A DNA stretch of 64,000 nt, from NCBI GenBank assembly GCA_964304625.1, contig OZ199840.1, forward strand, positions 3,795,631 through 3,859,630. Reading direction: 5' to 3'. Within the stretch, counting starts at the first letter, position 1; each line of letters begins with the position of its first letter. The notes below the pieces were generated by a model that had not been told where the DNA came from, made no database searches, and saw only the letters and a list, made by a program, of their open reading frames with translations. Position numbers and translations under genes: made by a program. Positions 17,352-30,898 of this stretch are shown here, in pieces. Origin of the DNA: Kudoa neothunni (lineage: Eukaryota; Animalia; Cnidaria).

Positions 17352-20300
17352 CACGGGTTCCCAACTGGGGGTAAATTTGGGTTGGTTAGGGATAAATTGT
17401 TGAACATCATAATTGAATATAAAAATTTCATGTATAGTTAAACTAATTCCTTACGGCAATGAAACGAGTTTTACCAAATATATTTTTATTCAATAAGCAA
17501 CGGATAAGGTATTTTTGCACATTCACAGTAAACAGAATTCTGGTCATATGATCATCACCAACTCAAATCTGTTAAAATTTTGTCATGTCGAAGAAACGTA
17601 CATATCTGGGTTCGTTTATACGGTATATACAGTATGGGTTTGATCTAATTGTGGTGGATGGGTTCGAGAAACTTCAATATGTTTTGTGATTAAAGATCTT
17701 TGGAAACGGTTCTATGAAACCTTCGATTCTAAAGAAGCACTTAAAATCCGTACATCCTACTCATGCGTCTGATGATCGAGCCAAATTTAAGATAAGGAGG
17801 AATAGATTTAGAACCTTGGGAATATTGCTAAAATTTGGTTTCATTACAAAGAAAAAACCAATACTTGCAGCATCCTATTATGTAGCGCAACGCATAACGA
17901 AAGAAAAGAAGTCTCACGACATTGGTGAGAACCTGATTAAACCTTGTGCTCTGGATATGGTACAGCTGGTATGCGGGATGAAGCACGGATGAAAATTCAA
18001 GCCACTCCGCTCTGAATAATACAATTCAACGACGAATTTTGAAATGTTCCAAGATATTTGTGACAAATTGTTGGAGAAATCGAATCTAGCACAACAATAA
18101 TTTCATTGCAATTGGATGAATCCGGTGATGTCTCCAATCTTCCACAACATACTGTTTTTGTCAGATACATAAGTGGAAATATTTTAAAAAATGAATTTTT
18201 ATTCTGCGATAACTCGGAAAAGACCACCAAAGCTATATTGATGTAACGAAAAAAATACAAGATTTTTTTGAAAGACAGTCTAACTTGGGAAATGGTTTGG
18301 TCAATCTGTACTGATGGGGCTCCAGCTATGATGGGAGTAAGATCAGGTTTCACCGCGTTTGTTAAACAACAAAGACCAAATATGATAACAACACATTATT
18401 TTCTTCACAGATATGTTTTAGCTTCAATAACTCTCCTTAAAAACCAAAAAATTGTTATGGAAAAAGTTATCGAGACTGTGAACTTCATTCGGGCCAGAGC
18501 ATCTAATCGCCGCTTGTTTAAAGCTGTTTGTGAGGAGATGAGATCTGAACATACCATTCTTTTACTTCATACTGAAGTTAGATGGCTCTTGGGGGGAATG
18601 GTTATTAACCGCTTTTTTGAGCTTCGTACTGAATTAGAAACTTCTCTTCGTGAGCGCGATTCAGACATTTGTGAGGACTTTGCTGATCCTGAGTTCATCG
18701 CCCGCTTAGCTTACTTTTCAGGTATATTTACTCATCTCAGTCAAATTAATAAGTGACTTCAAGGAAAAGAAGTAACTTTTATGGAAGCATGCGAGAATAT
18801 GACAGCTTTGTGAACAAAACTTGATTTATGGGCACGTAGGGTTCTACAAAATAACTTAGCAAATTTTCCAAACTTAGATGAATTCGAAAATAACAGATCT
18901 GTTTCAATTACCTTAGTTAATTAAGAAATCGCCGAGCATTCAGAAATTTTGAGAAATCAATTTAATGGCTACTTTTCCTAAGTTATGATTCCGACCGAAA
19001 ATGGATTTTGAGAACCTTTTCTACTTCATTATCATAAAAAGATGATAAAAATCCTGCAAAAGACCAACTGATTCATTTTCAATCTTGTTCTATCCTCAAA
19101 AATGAATTTGAGGAGGTCGGTGTAAATTCTTGGCTGAACGTTTCAGATTCATTTCCTCTTCTCACGCAACATGCCTTCCAAGTACTCGTTCCCTTCGTGT
19201 CTACTTACCTTTGTGAATCAGGATTTTCAACATTTGTAACAGTGAAAACAAAAGCCAGGAATCGCTTGAGCACCAGTGATGATATGAGAGTAGCATTGCC
19301 AACAACAAGCCCGCGAATAAACAAACTAATTGCTTCAATGAATAAACAGTGTTCTCATTAAAAATGGTCTTAGTCTACAAGTATTGCTTTGTTCTTTCTT
19401 TAAATTGGATGCTAAGTATTTTTCAGTGTCTTTGAATATGTTATTAAAAACAATCGCTACTACTATTATTTTTCAATTATATTGAAATATTCGGCATGGA
19501 AATAATATAAAATTACTTTTCCAATGGTCTCTTTTTTGGTTTTATCATATGTATACTTAAGGTCTTCACTGCATTGGTACACCGAACAAATTCTAATTTT
19601 TATAATGGCCACACATTAAACTTAACTCATTCCAGGGCAATAAATTTATAAAATACAAATTTTTGAATAAAAGCTGAGTCTAAATAGGAAATCAATGTTT
19701 GATGCCTCAGAAGGATATTTAAATTAAAAAAACTTATATTGGCATTAGTATTTGAGATTTTTATCGGTAAGGAAATAATTTCACCTAAAATTAGACAGAT
19801 AAAGTAAATGCAATTTAATAATTATAAAGTAATTTTCTATTTTGAAATTTGGTCGCTAATAAATTAGCAGTAAAGGAACAATGAATTTACATCGAAAACC
19901 ACAACTTTGATATCTAACATTCTTTTCTATTTTTTTAGCCTTCAAATAATTTTGTTGCTTATACAATTATTTAAAAAGTTTTAAAACTTATTATTAAAGA
20001 AAAAATGAAACTTTGTGTGTTTCATTATTTTGACAGATCATGTCCAATATATTATTACATGATATTGAGTTTTTGTTCCAGGAATATTTTTAAAATAAAT
20101 ATGATGTTTTTACAACAAAATATTTATTTGGAATGTATTTAAGATTTTAATATCAATAAAAATGATTGTTTTTGACCGCTATTGGCACCATTAAAACAAA
20201 AAAGTTTAAAGATTTTTGTTAAGATAATTATTTGTTTATTTTATAAAACTAAAAGCCATATCGTTATCATTATTGTAATTAATAAGATATATTTATAAAA

Positions 20301-20409
20301 AATAATTGCTCATTAAAGGATAATTAGTGCTATTTGTCGTACTAAAATGGAACCAACAACCGTTAACGTTTAAGGGGGTAAATGGTGCAAAATCGGTTGC
20401 AAACCTCTA
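17352..20409 (+). mobile_element. Full-length hAT (Buster/Charlie, ZBED5/ZBED8/SCAND3-like) transposon
   Basis: Imperfect TIRs CACGGGTTCCCAACT / GGTTGCAAACCTCTA; exact TSD CCTTAGAG at 17344-17351 and 20410-20417. Confidence 0.92.
17585..19361 (+). pseudogene. hAT transposase pseudogene within the element above
   Basis: MKPSILKKHL (BED), QLDES.D, ICTDGAPAMMG, HTEVRWL, PFVSTYLCESGFS..KTKARNRL, ends QCSH*; several stops and frameshifts. Confidence 0.9.
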
Positions 20410-21334
20410 CCTTAGAGGGCTAATGTGACCACCATTATATATAGCAATGTTGAACACCACGTTTAGATGTGGAGGAGGCATTGGCACATTACAGAAGCTT
20501 GGAGCGCCGCATTGTTGATTACGCGGCTTTTTGATAATTTAAATGCCTGCTGGAGGCTTTTCTAACATTTTTGATACAGCAAAAAAAGGTAAGTATATAA
20601 ATTAATTTTAAAACACCACCAATCAGTAACACTGAAGAAATTAAATATATTTTTTAAATGTAGTAATTTTGTGATTGGCTTACTCTTGTAAGTTACGATT
20701 GAAATAATAAGTTTTACACTTAATAAATTTTAATTTTAACTAAGTTATGAAAATTTAATAATACTCATTAAATACACATGAAATATATAAAAAATAACCC
20801 TGATAGAATTATTTCCTAGTTATTTTAAACATGATATTCGATATAACATATACTCTGAAAGAGGTCTAAGTTATAAATATGAGTGTAATAAAGTTGGCCA
20901 AAAAATTACATTCATGATATTTCAGATTGCATCGAATTTATTGTGAACTAAATATCATCAACGCATAGAAGTAATTTTCTTAAAATTTATTACGTAATAT
21001 TTCGATTCCAAAGTATGGTCTAAATAACTTGAAATTACAAAAATCGTAATTTTTCGTAATTATCAATGTAATATTCATATCTTTAAAGGTTTTGTAAGAT
21101 GGTTTTTCATAATAAAAATTTCACCCGACTAAGTTATAAATTATTATTTGTTACCCTAAATTATTTCTTTCAATTTCACTTATTTATATCAATAAATAAC
21201 CGAAATATTTATCATAAGGTATTAACTCTGAATTGATTTGTGCTGAATTTTCTAATTTCCAAAGTATTTTAAGGAAGTTTGTTCTCTATCGTCATCGTTG
21301 ATTTTCTCAATGAATTACCCAGGTTTCATTTGGT

Positions 21335-21445
21335 TCCGCCATGTCAAGTTATATTCCTTTAATACAGGAACTGATTCGACACAAAGCCAACACACCGCTT
21401 TTATCCATTACATTTGTGAAGAAATATTTTTGAGCCCAATCATCA
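21335..21445 (-). mobile_element. Fragment of a SPIN/GTF2IRD2-like hAT transposase N-terminus
   Basis: Minus strand reads DDWAQKYFFTNVMDK(fs)AVCWLCVESVPVLKEYNL, matching the W..YFF....AVCL.C....V.KEYNL motif. Confidence 0.7.
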
Positions 21446-22574
21446 TAAAAATCACGGTTTTCTTCATTAATTGTACTAACATGTGATGTCAACAAAAGAC
21501 GAATAATATGAGAAGTTTGAGTGCATTATCACTTGAGAAAATTAAGAAGATAAATAGAAAATTATTCCTACATTAAGCTGATAAATTTTGATACACTTCT
21601 ATTATAAAACATTTATGGTTAAAAATCCAAGGATACCCAAAATACTATACTGATTACATCGACTCTATGCCTTTTAAATATAATAATAAATAATGTTTTC
21701 GTTAATGCATCCTTTGTAATGAAAGACATGATAATGGTTCCTATTGTGTTAAACTTCTAATTTAGATATGAGTATCGCATGATCATTTTTTTAACATTTA
21801 GTTAATTTTAGATTTTTTTGTAGTAAATTGAATCTCGAGTATCAGTTTTTTCCGAATTTTTTAACCTATTATTTTGTCTTAAGCGCGTATTAGACCTTAC
21901 TTTGATCATTATTACATACGATAATCATACTCAGGGTGCAAGCGTAGATAAAATATCAAATCAAATTACTGAATCAACCAAAATATACGCCGAAAACTAC
22001 GATTTCTATATATTAGTTAGATAGTGGAGTAATATTATAGGTTTGGAATTGAATAATTGAAAATATAACAAGTTTATATTCGAATTTATAAAGGCTCATA
22101 TTGGAAACCAGAATAATTTTCTTCTCAGATCAAAATGAGACTCTTTCAATTTAAGAAAACTCATTATAACTAACTATAAATACGAAAATTTTCAATATCT
22201 TAATACAAATATTGCGATTTTTTAAAAGAAGCTATTATTGAGTAAAATGGGGCATTTAGAACTATTTCAAAAAAATTACCAAATTTACTAACCGTGTTAA
22301 TTTATTGGAAAAATCTAAAGAAAGAGCGGATATTAAAGTATGATGTCTATGAGCTCGATCTAGTGCACAAAATTTTGAAATTACTACAATTACAATCTTA
22401 AGCTCAATCCCATTTTGACACTATGAGACAACATGTTGCATAGCGCGATTACTTTTTTCAATATATTCAAATTAGAATTTCGCATTAATTAAATTATTTT
22501 ATTTTCATTCTAAATATGCTTTATAAAGACAATGAAAAGTTTAAATTTAAATTATTCACATTTAACGTGGTTCA

Positions 22575-22583
22575 GCGCATGCG
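22575..22583. promoter_or_regulatory. NRF1-like GCGCATGCG site ~75 bp upstream of the STAND gene
   Basis: GCGCATGCG is the core of the NRF1/EWG palindrome; similar motifs lie upstream of other genes in the window. Confidence 0.45.
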
Positions 22584-22658
22584 TACACATAAACATTGAG
22601 ATTTTTATGTTATCGCTAGAACACACGTCTCTCACTCAAAGATTGTAATATATCACAG

Positions 22659-25600
22659 ATGAGATTGCTAAATGCTTCCCGATTTTTTAAAAAGATTTCG
22701 CGATCATGTGGAACTGTGACCAATGCCACCCCTAAAAAATCGTATGACCATTATGTGATAGGAGCTGGTCTTGGAAGTATTATCTATATGATAACATATT
22801 CGATATACGAGGCGAAGACAGTCGCCATACGTCAATATCCACCGATTCCAAGAAACATTTTGATTAGAGACAATGATTCCATAAATTGTTTGAAAAAATA
22901 TTATTTCAGTGATGTCAGTTCTTTTCTGCCAAGACCTGAAGAAAAAATGCCAGTAGCTGTAGTTGGAGAATTAGGATCAGGAAAATCGATCCTTATGTAC
23001 CATCTTTGTTCGGAGTTGTACAAACCTCGACGATTCTACGATCTGAGACTTCCTACTTCGAAAATTTGTGTTTTTTTCGATATGACCAATAGTGACACCT
23101 TTCTGGAATCATTAAGATTATTTGTGTATGAACTAAATGAAAAAACTGGAAAAAAATTGGTTGATCCTTTCCATCAGGATTTGATTGCTTTGGAGCCGTA
23201 TGAACAAGCTTCCAAGTTACTTTCCCATATGTACAAAATCTTAGAAGATCACCCTGATTGGTGTATTGTGCTTGATAATATCACACCAAAAAGTTACAAC
23301 GAAATGAAGCATATTTTAAACAATTTTTTCTCCACCGATCCCTCAGCCACATACTCGCTATCGAAAATGAAGGGTAAAGTTGTTTTTGTATGTGATACTG
23401 ACGTTCCATTGATTGAAAATGTCAATTTTTATCAATACAATGAATTATCTAAAGCAACTGCCAAAAATATTGTCGTCAATCAACTCGCTATTCCTGATAT
23501 CAATGAAGATGATGTGAATTGTTTGGCGGATCTTCTTCGTGGCTCACCTATTGCCTTGATTGCTGCTTGTTATCTTGTGCAGGATCAACTTTATAGGAAG
23601 CGCCATATCACTCTTAAGGAGGCCGCTAGAACTGTGGCCACCTCCATCAGTCTTCTCACCGACAAACTCGCCAAAAAGCAAGCGATAGATATCACCGTCA
23701 ACAACCTTTCCTACGCGATTACTATGACAACACTCGCTATGATGTACAAAAATTACCAACTCAATCAAGCCATTCCATATCAATTCAAAGTTCCTTTCGA
23801 GGTGAAACGTGAACAGGAGCCGCTCAATGATCAAGCAATAATGGCTTTAAATACCACCTATGGACATGTGTGTGAGTTTTTTTCGTCTTTTCGAATTGGC
23901 ACCAAAATCCCAGACACTCTTCTGGTCAATTTTATCAACAAATATACAACTCCATTTGAGGATAAAACAATTGTTGAGTTGACTGAAAGCACCCTCATAC
24001 AAAATCCAACTTCAGATGCCAAACAATCAACATTTCAAAAATATTATGCGGAATACTCGGCTATAAAGAACGATATAAGCGAAGCAATATTTGGCTCCAA
24101 CAGGAAATGTTTCACCCAGCCTAATGAGAAATTGAACCCAATTGTGGAATGGATCCCATTTTTGAGATTTCAACAATATCTACAACAACGTAAATATTAT
24201 AAGTATTATTCTAACGATCATTATTATGGAAGTCTGAAATCAAATTCCACATTATATCACAAATAAAATGTGATACGAAACACGCTTATTTATTATTTAC
24301 TTAAATATTCCATTATTATTTTTCTTTAAGAATTCACTCATTAATTAAATTAATTTTAATTAGTTGTTTTTGTATATTATAAAGTTGAAATTTTATCTAT
24401 ATAATTTATTAATTTTTAAAAGTGTTTGTAAATAGTTGTTGAAAATAAATTCCATTAATTAAATTTAATATTTTTTTAAGATTCTATCAAATCTCTAGTT
24501 TTAAAAATTTAGAATTAACTGGTTATTGTATTTTCCATTAGAAAAAATACGTTATGATTAGTTGAACTATCTCGATTTCTATTTAAATAAAAAAGAAATC
24601 GATATAGTTTTTAATAATGAAACGTTACTCTCAATAATATAGCAAAATGAATAATTTTCTACAATATTGTAAAAGCAACAATAGTGATATTTATTTATTG
24701 CGAATGTTAATGTATTTAATTCTTCTAAATAAATTAAAAAAATACTTAATTTAAATCTTAAATTAGTTTGAAGTTGTGTTATATGAAAAAATTTCACTTA
24801 TTTATTGGGAAAATTAATAAAATAAGTTAGCATTTATTATTTTTTACCTTAAATACAATATTTTAATGAAGAAATTCAGAGACAATCCTTGAGTAGTCTT
24901 CGTATTAATTTAAACATTATTCGTCGCAATAAATTTTATTAATCTTTCTCATATCAATAAAATATCAAGTTGAACTCAAATTTTAATTTGAAAAAATTCG
25001 ACTAATTTTCCTAGTTAACAATTATAAAATTAACGCTCATTTTACATCTATCCGCCCATGCTGCATGAGCGATCTTAACAGTAACCCTATAATGCTATTG
25101 GGTTAAACATATTTCAAGCATCTTCTAAGAGTAGTTTTACTCATATGTATTTTAATCAAACAACAGTAAATTTATACGAATATAAAAGTTGCCAAATTTT
25201 ATAACAAATGTGGAAATATTTTTAACGACGCTCACTATAAAATAATTTCGATTTGAAATCAAATAGCTGTATTCGCGGTATAGAGTTTTAATGTATTCAA
25301 ATTCCATTAAAAGAATGCAAACCACGAATTTTATCTTTACGTGAATTTTTAAGAAATTTGATTCAAATGGCCGAATGATGATCTGTAGATTAATTTTTGT
25401 AGTTTTTTGACGTTAAGTTTTTATAACAGAGACCTAGAATAACTTTTTGATTATGTTTCTCGAGAAGTCACGGTGATGGCCCACATGCCAATATTGTTGG
25501 TTTATATCAGGAGTTGTTTCGTAAAAAATAATTATTCTTTCTCTTTTAAACATTTTGAACTAGTTTACACTTATAAAATCGATAAATAACGTAAAAAGTT

Positions 25601-27126
25601 TTTTTTAGTTGGTAGAATGATTTTTTGTACCTAAGATAAATCGATTTATCACACTAACTTATAAATGTTGATATATGATTGATGAACGTATTGAATATAA
25701 ATACGATTCTGGAATTATTTATAAATAACATAATTTTACAATAAGAACCTTTCTTTTGAATATGGTTAATGAAATACGCTATGTGAAATGTTTTCTGTAT
25801 TAATTTCATTGACTGATTATTTAAAAATATTATTCCATTCAAAAGTGAATGTAATTTTTAAATAATAATAATAATTTAATATAAATTTAAGACCTGGAAT
25901 TTATTCCATATTTTATAGGACTGGTATCACTTCATCCATTGGTACACGAATCATCTAAAAATGGTTCTCCGAATTTTGGTTGAGCAGGAAACACAACAAA
26001 TACTAAAGATACGAATCAGAAAATACAAACCTTAATTGACAACAACAATGACAAGCCATTAAAAACGTCCAATCATTGTTTAGCAGTATTTTTTCATACG
26101 CCTATCCCCAAAACCGCTCTTCAGATGTAGCATCAACTACATTTGGGGTAGCCAGGTTGAATTCGGTGTATCAGAAACTTAGTTTCAGCCTGTTTCATGC
26201 GGAAACTCTGTTCAAACTGAAACCAACAAAGAAAATGTTTGAATCTCATTTTATGACCTATATAGCGAATCTTATTGATAGTGTGACGTTGACGACTCCT
26301 TTAAGATACGGTGATTGTGTATATTACGCGTTAAAACAAATATCCTTGGTGCAACGTGTGGTGAATGTGATATTTCAAAGATGATGATCTCACCTCATCC
26401 CAACGACCTACTATTATAGATTACAATATTATAGATGCGTGAAAAAAAATAGTGGAACTGTTGTTGGAGTTAAAACAGCCCAAGTTTGTATTAGATATAT
26501 TGACACCAGATTCGATGGTGGTAGATGGTGTATGTGGTTCAAGTAGTGGCCCTCCATTCACTCGAGATTTGTCCGAAGAATTGACCCATCTTTCTATCCT
26601 ACTTGCACAATCATATGTCCTCACGGATAGGTTTGATGATGCTAAGCAATTACTGGATAGACTTTGGTTGACAATAGATCCCAGTAAAAATATTCACTCC
26701 AACCCCAATCTGTGCATACGACTTTGTATGTGTGCTGTTTGTTGTATGATCGAATGTTTGACCACTCTTCCAACTCAAAAGAATTTGTCGAAGAGATACT
26801 CTCCTACATGGTGCTAGTTTACAACTATCAATTCCAAAATACTCTTCTTCAAACTCCTATATATGATGAAAATGAGGCTTCATTTTTTATTGATATAATG
26901 CTACTATTTTCAAATTTGTGTCTAAAATACAAAAAAGTTAGTTATGCCATAAAAATTTGTGAAAGATGCGGATATTCTGAACAAAAATGTGTTGAAGAGC
27001 GGTCTCACGTCTATTAGTTCGCCGTACGATCAAGCTATCAACGATATGATGATTCGTTGCTATGAATTTCAAGACAATCAACCAATGATAAACAAACTGA
27101 AAGCCACTACGAATACTAACCATTAA
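22659..27126 (+). CDS. NB-ARC-like STAND P-loop NTPase with N-terminal mitochondrial-type leader and TM helix; second exon (helical/TPR-like) disrupted
   Basis: Exon 1 22659-24189: Walker A VAVVGELGSGKS, Walker B WCIVLDNI, GxP motif LRGSPIAL. Phase-1 intron 24190-25918 gives LQQR-LVSLHPLVH (MHD-like). Exon 2 25919-27126 is split over several frames. Confidence 0.7.
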
Positions 27127-29516
27127 TAAATAGTTTTTAGTATTTTTTAAAAATATTGTAACTATTATATACCATTTTTTCTTCAATTTTCTTCTTCACG
27201 AGTTCACATAAGCTATGGTAATCCAGATATAACGTAGTAGCATTTATCCAAATTCTTCTGCATTATTTTATAGATTTTAGTCTATATAGAGATGTGATTA
27301 GGTTTGAATTGAAATTAAGCAATTTTCCGTAAATTTAATCAGCGATATATAAAAATAATTTTGTTATGTTAAATCACTTCAGAGAATAAATATACTAAGA
27401 TTAAAATAATTAAAATTTGAAATCAATGTAGTTCAAATAAGTGAGGTGATTTAGCCGTTTATTTAAGTCTAATTAATTAGCCAGCTAAGCCCTACCCTCA
27501 AAAATAAGTCAACATCAACTGTTTATACTTATAATGAATAAATGATGACTATTCTGAACTCCTTAACAACAATATTACAATTCTAACATTAGATTTAATA
27601 AAGAATTCTTTTAAATATGCAATTCATAAAGAACATTTAACGCGGAACCATGAAACAACATTTCTTTTTGTGTCAATTTTCAAATTATTGTTATTATTCT
27701 TAGCAATAATGATTGTAATAGTCTAATTAATTCAAATTTTTTATTTAAAAAATTATCGCTCCTATTCAATTTATAGTCGAACCTCGCAATACCAGTGCCA
27801 TGCGCGCGCAGCGATAGAAAGTTATGTTTTATTTGTTTCTAATAAAAAAATTAATCGTTTATGGGTTTATTTAAACAAATAACGCTTCAATGTTATGAGA
27901 TATATATATATAATATAAGAACAATTTGTCTAAACGATATAATTGGCAACCAATCTAAATCACTGTAACTATTAACACCTCTGTAGTAAACCCAAAATAT
28001 CAATATTTGTTGGGTTTAAATCGTCTAGATGTAAAATAAATATTTCTTTTTAAAAATATATTTTGATCTATATATCTTTAAACATGCTTTTAAAAACCAA
28101 ACGTGATTTAACCGCTTTTAAGGCGTAACCAATTTTTTCCGCTCATTTTTGATAACCTTTAAAAGGATGCTACTAATTTCAAAGGATTTTTAAAGATTTT
28201 TATACTTTTGGACAAAAAACTCTCAAAAAACTTAATTTCTATTGATAAGAATTAATTTTATCAAATATATATTAATGTTCACTCTTATAGATAGCTTAAA
28301 TGAAAAGCCATATCATATTATATTGGCTTTAACTGTTTCCATCAAATAATGATGTACTTTTTCGTAATTTATTCTTCAAAGTATTAATTCAGGTGGACAA
28401 ATAGTGTGTATTAGATAAACCGTGTAATTAAACTACATAAAAATGATAAATTATGTATGAAATAAATAAATTTATGATGAGAAATATATATTCATTTTTT
28501 TTCATTTTTAAAATTATTTGTAATGTATGCTTGAGTGAAACGTTTTATTGTCAAATGTGAGCTTCAGTCCATTATTGAGTGTAAATAAAATAAACCAGCC
28601 GGATAGCTCTGTATAAATCATATTTTCCGCGCGCTAAGTTTAGTCTTAATGTCACCAATAGTCACCGCTAAACATTGTTCTTAATCACATATTTAAGTGT
28701 TACGTTCGAGTATATTTATCTCAAAAATAAGTATTGTATGCTATCTTCATCATGTGTAATATTTGTTAAATGGGACTTTTGTTCTAAATGATTTAAGTAA
28801 AATTTTAAATAACATGAATATCTTTGTTAAATATTTTTGACTTATTCAAACAATTAATGATGGTTAAGGAAGAAACTTTATCCCAAGATTTTTCAGAGGT
28901 TCCAACATGATCTAATAATGTAAATTTTGGTTCGCAGTTCTCCTCACATGCTAGAATGTCCCGACAAGGGGTACTTCGATAGTGGCATTTTAAGTAATGT
29001 ATTATTCTAACATCCATAGGCTGCATACACCTAGCGATATTCGGGGGGAGGGGGGAAGAATAAAAATGTTATTTGCTTGAATCTGCATAAATTTTACAGA
29101 TGACAATCTTTTTCTATTGTGAGATATATCGGAATTAATAATACTGTGTTCATTTTACAGGGTTGTGCCCAACGATGATTGACCTAAAACTTCTCACACG
29201 AAAATTAAAACTGCCGCAGTTATCATGTAAATTAAATTATTTATTTTGTTCGACCTCCATTTCTCTAATTCCCTTCTTAGATTTCGAAAATTCTATAATA
29301 ATGAGTTTTTAAATCATAATTAGTTGCTTTCTAATTATGCAGAAACCTCGCAATATGATGGAACACTCAATAACGAGATATTGCATAGCTAGAATAAAAA
29401 TTTGTTTAAACAAATCCTTTAGTTTAAGTTATTATTGCCCTTTAGAACAGAAACCGAATTCAAACCACTTCTTACGTCCTAACCTTCCCTGTACAAACTT
29501 CCGAAATAAAAAGCGT

Positions 29517-30528
29517 GTGCCTGACTGGGGTATTTCTTGACCCTAGACGAAATATGCTTTAAGCGTATTCAATTTATCTCAACTTAATGTATTGTAAACA
29601 ATACACATAGCTTAACAATTCCATATCAAATATACAGCGGATTGCTGTTTCTGGAGTTATTTACATTAATTTATTTATCAGCAACATTATTGGTATAATA
29701 TTAGACTAAAAGCACAAAGATATATTTTACACTCCTTAAACAATCAATAATGTTGATTTGAATCATCAGATAGGATGAATGAATATTTACGCAGTAAACT
29801 CCAAATACATATATTTGTGTGTAGACATTTCCTCGGTAATAGTCGCTGATATAGAAAAATTTAGGATTAGTGTTATTATCAAGTGAATCCATATTCTCGG
29901 AGGCAAAAAAGCATATAATATTTCATTATGGTAATTATTTTCAGACAGATGTAATGAATGGCAGCGGAAGGGGTTCAAACCTGCGAGCCATAGCTTAAAA
30001 GGCGATGGCGCCTTACTGCTGTGTTGTTGATCGCGCATTAGTTGATTTTGAATATAACTCTTTTATTGGAAATTAAAGATTTTTCTAAATCTTTAAATTG
30101 TTGTGAGGACTCATATTAAACCCCAAGAAAAACAAAAAATTAATAAAGAGTTTTGTTACTCCAATAGGCGAAAGCGGAAACAAATGGAATAATTAATTGG
30201 ATTAATTCTCTTTAATCTATTGTGGATTAAATTCAAAAATAAATATGACTTTTCATGGCTCCCGTTTTTGTTTAGATCAAAAATCATATTTATAATAAAT
30301 ATATGAGCTTTAGAAAATAATACAACAAATATTAAATGAAACCTGAAAAACTCTGTCTTATTTGATGCATAAATCTTTAGCCGATAAATTATACATTTTA
30401 CTTTCAGATAGAAACGCACTTAATATAGGAAACTGAGATTTTTCAAAGTAAATAATCAACGATATATCAATGTAGAAACGAAATAGTCAATTAGGGGTCT
30501 TGAAATACCCCAGTCAGTACCGGCAGGG
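29517..30528. mobile_element. piggyBac-like MITE nested in the Tigger remnant
   Basis: Inverted repeats CTGACTGGGGTATTTCTTGACCC (29521) / GGGTCTTGAAATACCCCAGTCAG (~30495); right end GGG-TTAA at 30526-30532; left TTAA not seen. Confidence 0.55.
29960..30036 (-). repeat. tRNA-derived SINE head or tRNA pseudogene, copy 1
   Basis: GCGCGATC...AGCAGTAAGGCGCCATCGCCTTT...CAGGTTTGAACCC; B-box-like motif; alignable with 36009-36084. Confidence 0.5.
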
Positions 30529-30898
30529 TTAAAATAATCGTTGGAATCAAAACCTCGCTATATCCAATCACGTTATATCCTGGCCCGACTGTAGTTCTTT
30601 AACTTTTAAAATGAGTTCATAACAATGTTTTAAAAAAGAGTATAAAAAATGTGAGGTCTAACAGACTCCAAAAGCACCAAATTCATAGTGCATTATTGAG
30701 GAGAACCGAATATTATAAGTCTATTCGATAAGTACGAAATAATAAATTAAAATAAGCGAACGCATATTGCACCACTACATAAAAAGCACCAGCCACAGTA
30801 TATCTACACGAACATTTAATGTATAAGAGGGTGGATCAAAATCAAACAGTTCAAACTCATGTTGCATAAAAATGGAATACAATGAGTTTCGATTAAAG

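Larger units (their letters stand above)
27774..30591 (-). mobile_element. Decayed Tigger/pogo transposon with nested insertions
   Basis: Ends TA-TAGTCGAACCTCGC and GGCCCGACTG-TA; ORF 28805-29026 QPMDVRIIHYLKCHYR...SWDKVS..TIINC matches the Tigger DDE C-terminal motif. Confidence 0.75.

Noticed and set aside
20420-20595. GC-richer exon-like patch (PRLDVEEALAHYRSLERRIVDY) with a downstream GTAAGT
   Set aside because: Stops in all plus frames, no partner exons and no recognisable family.
25919-27126. Alternative genetic code or stop readthrough as the explanation for the broken exon
   Set aside because: Other genes in the window end normally at TAA, TAG and TGA, and most lesions are frameshifts rather than in-frame stops.
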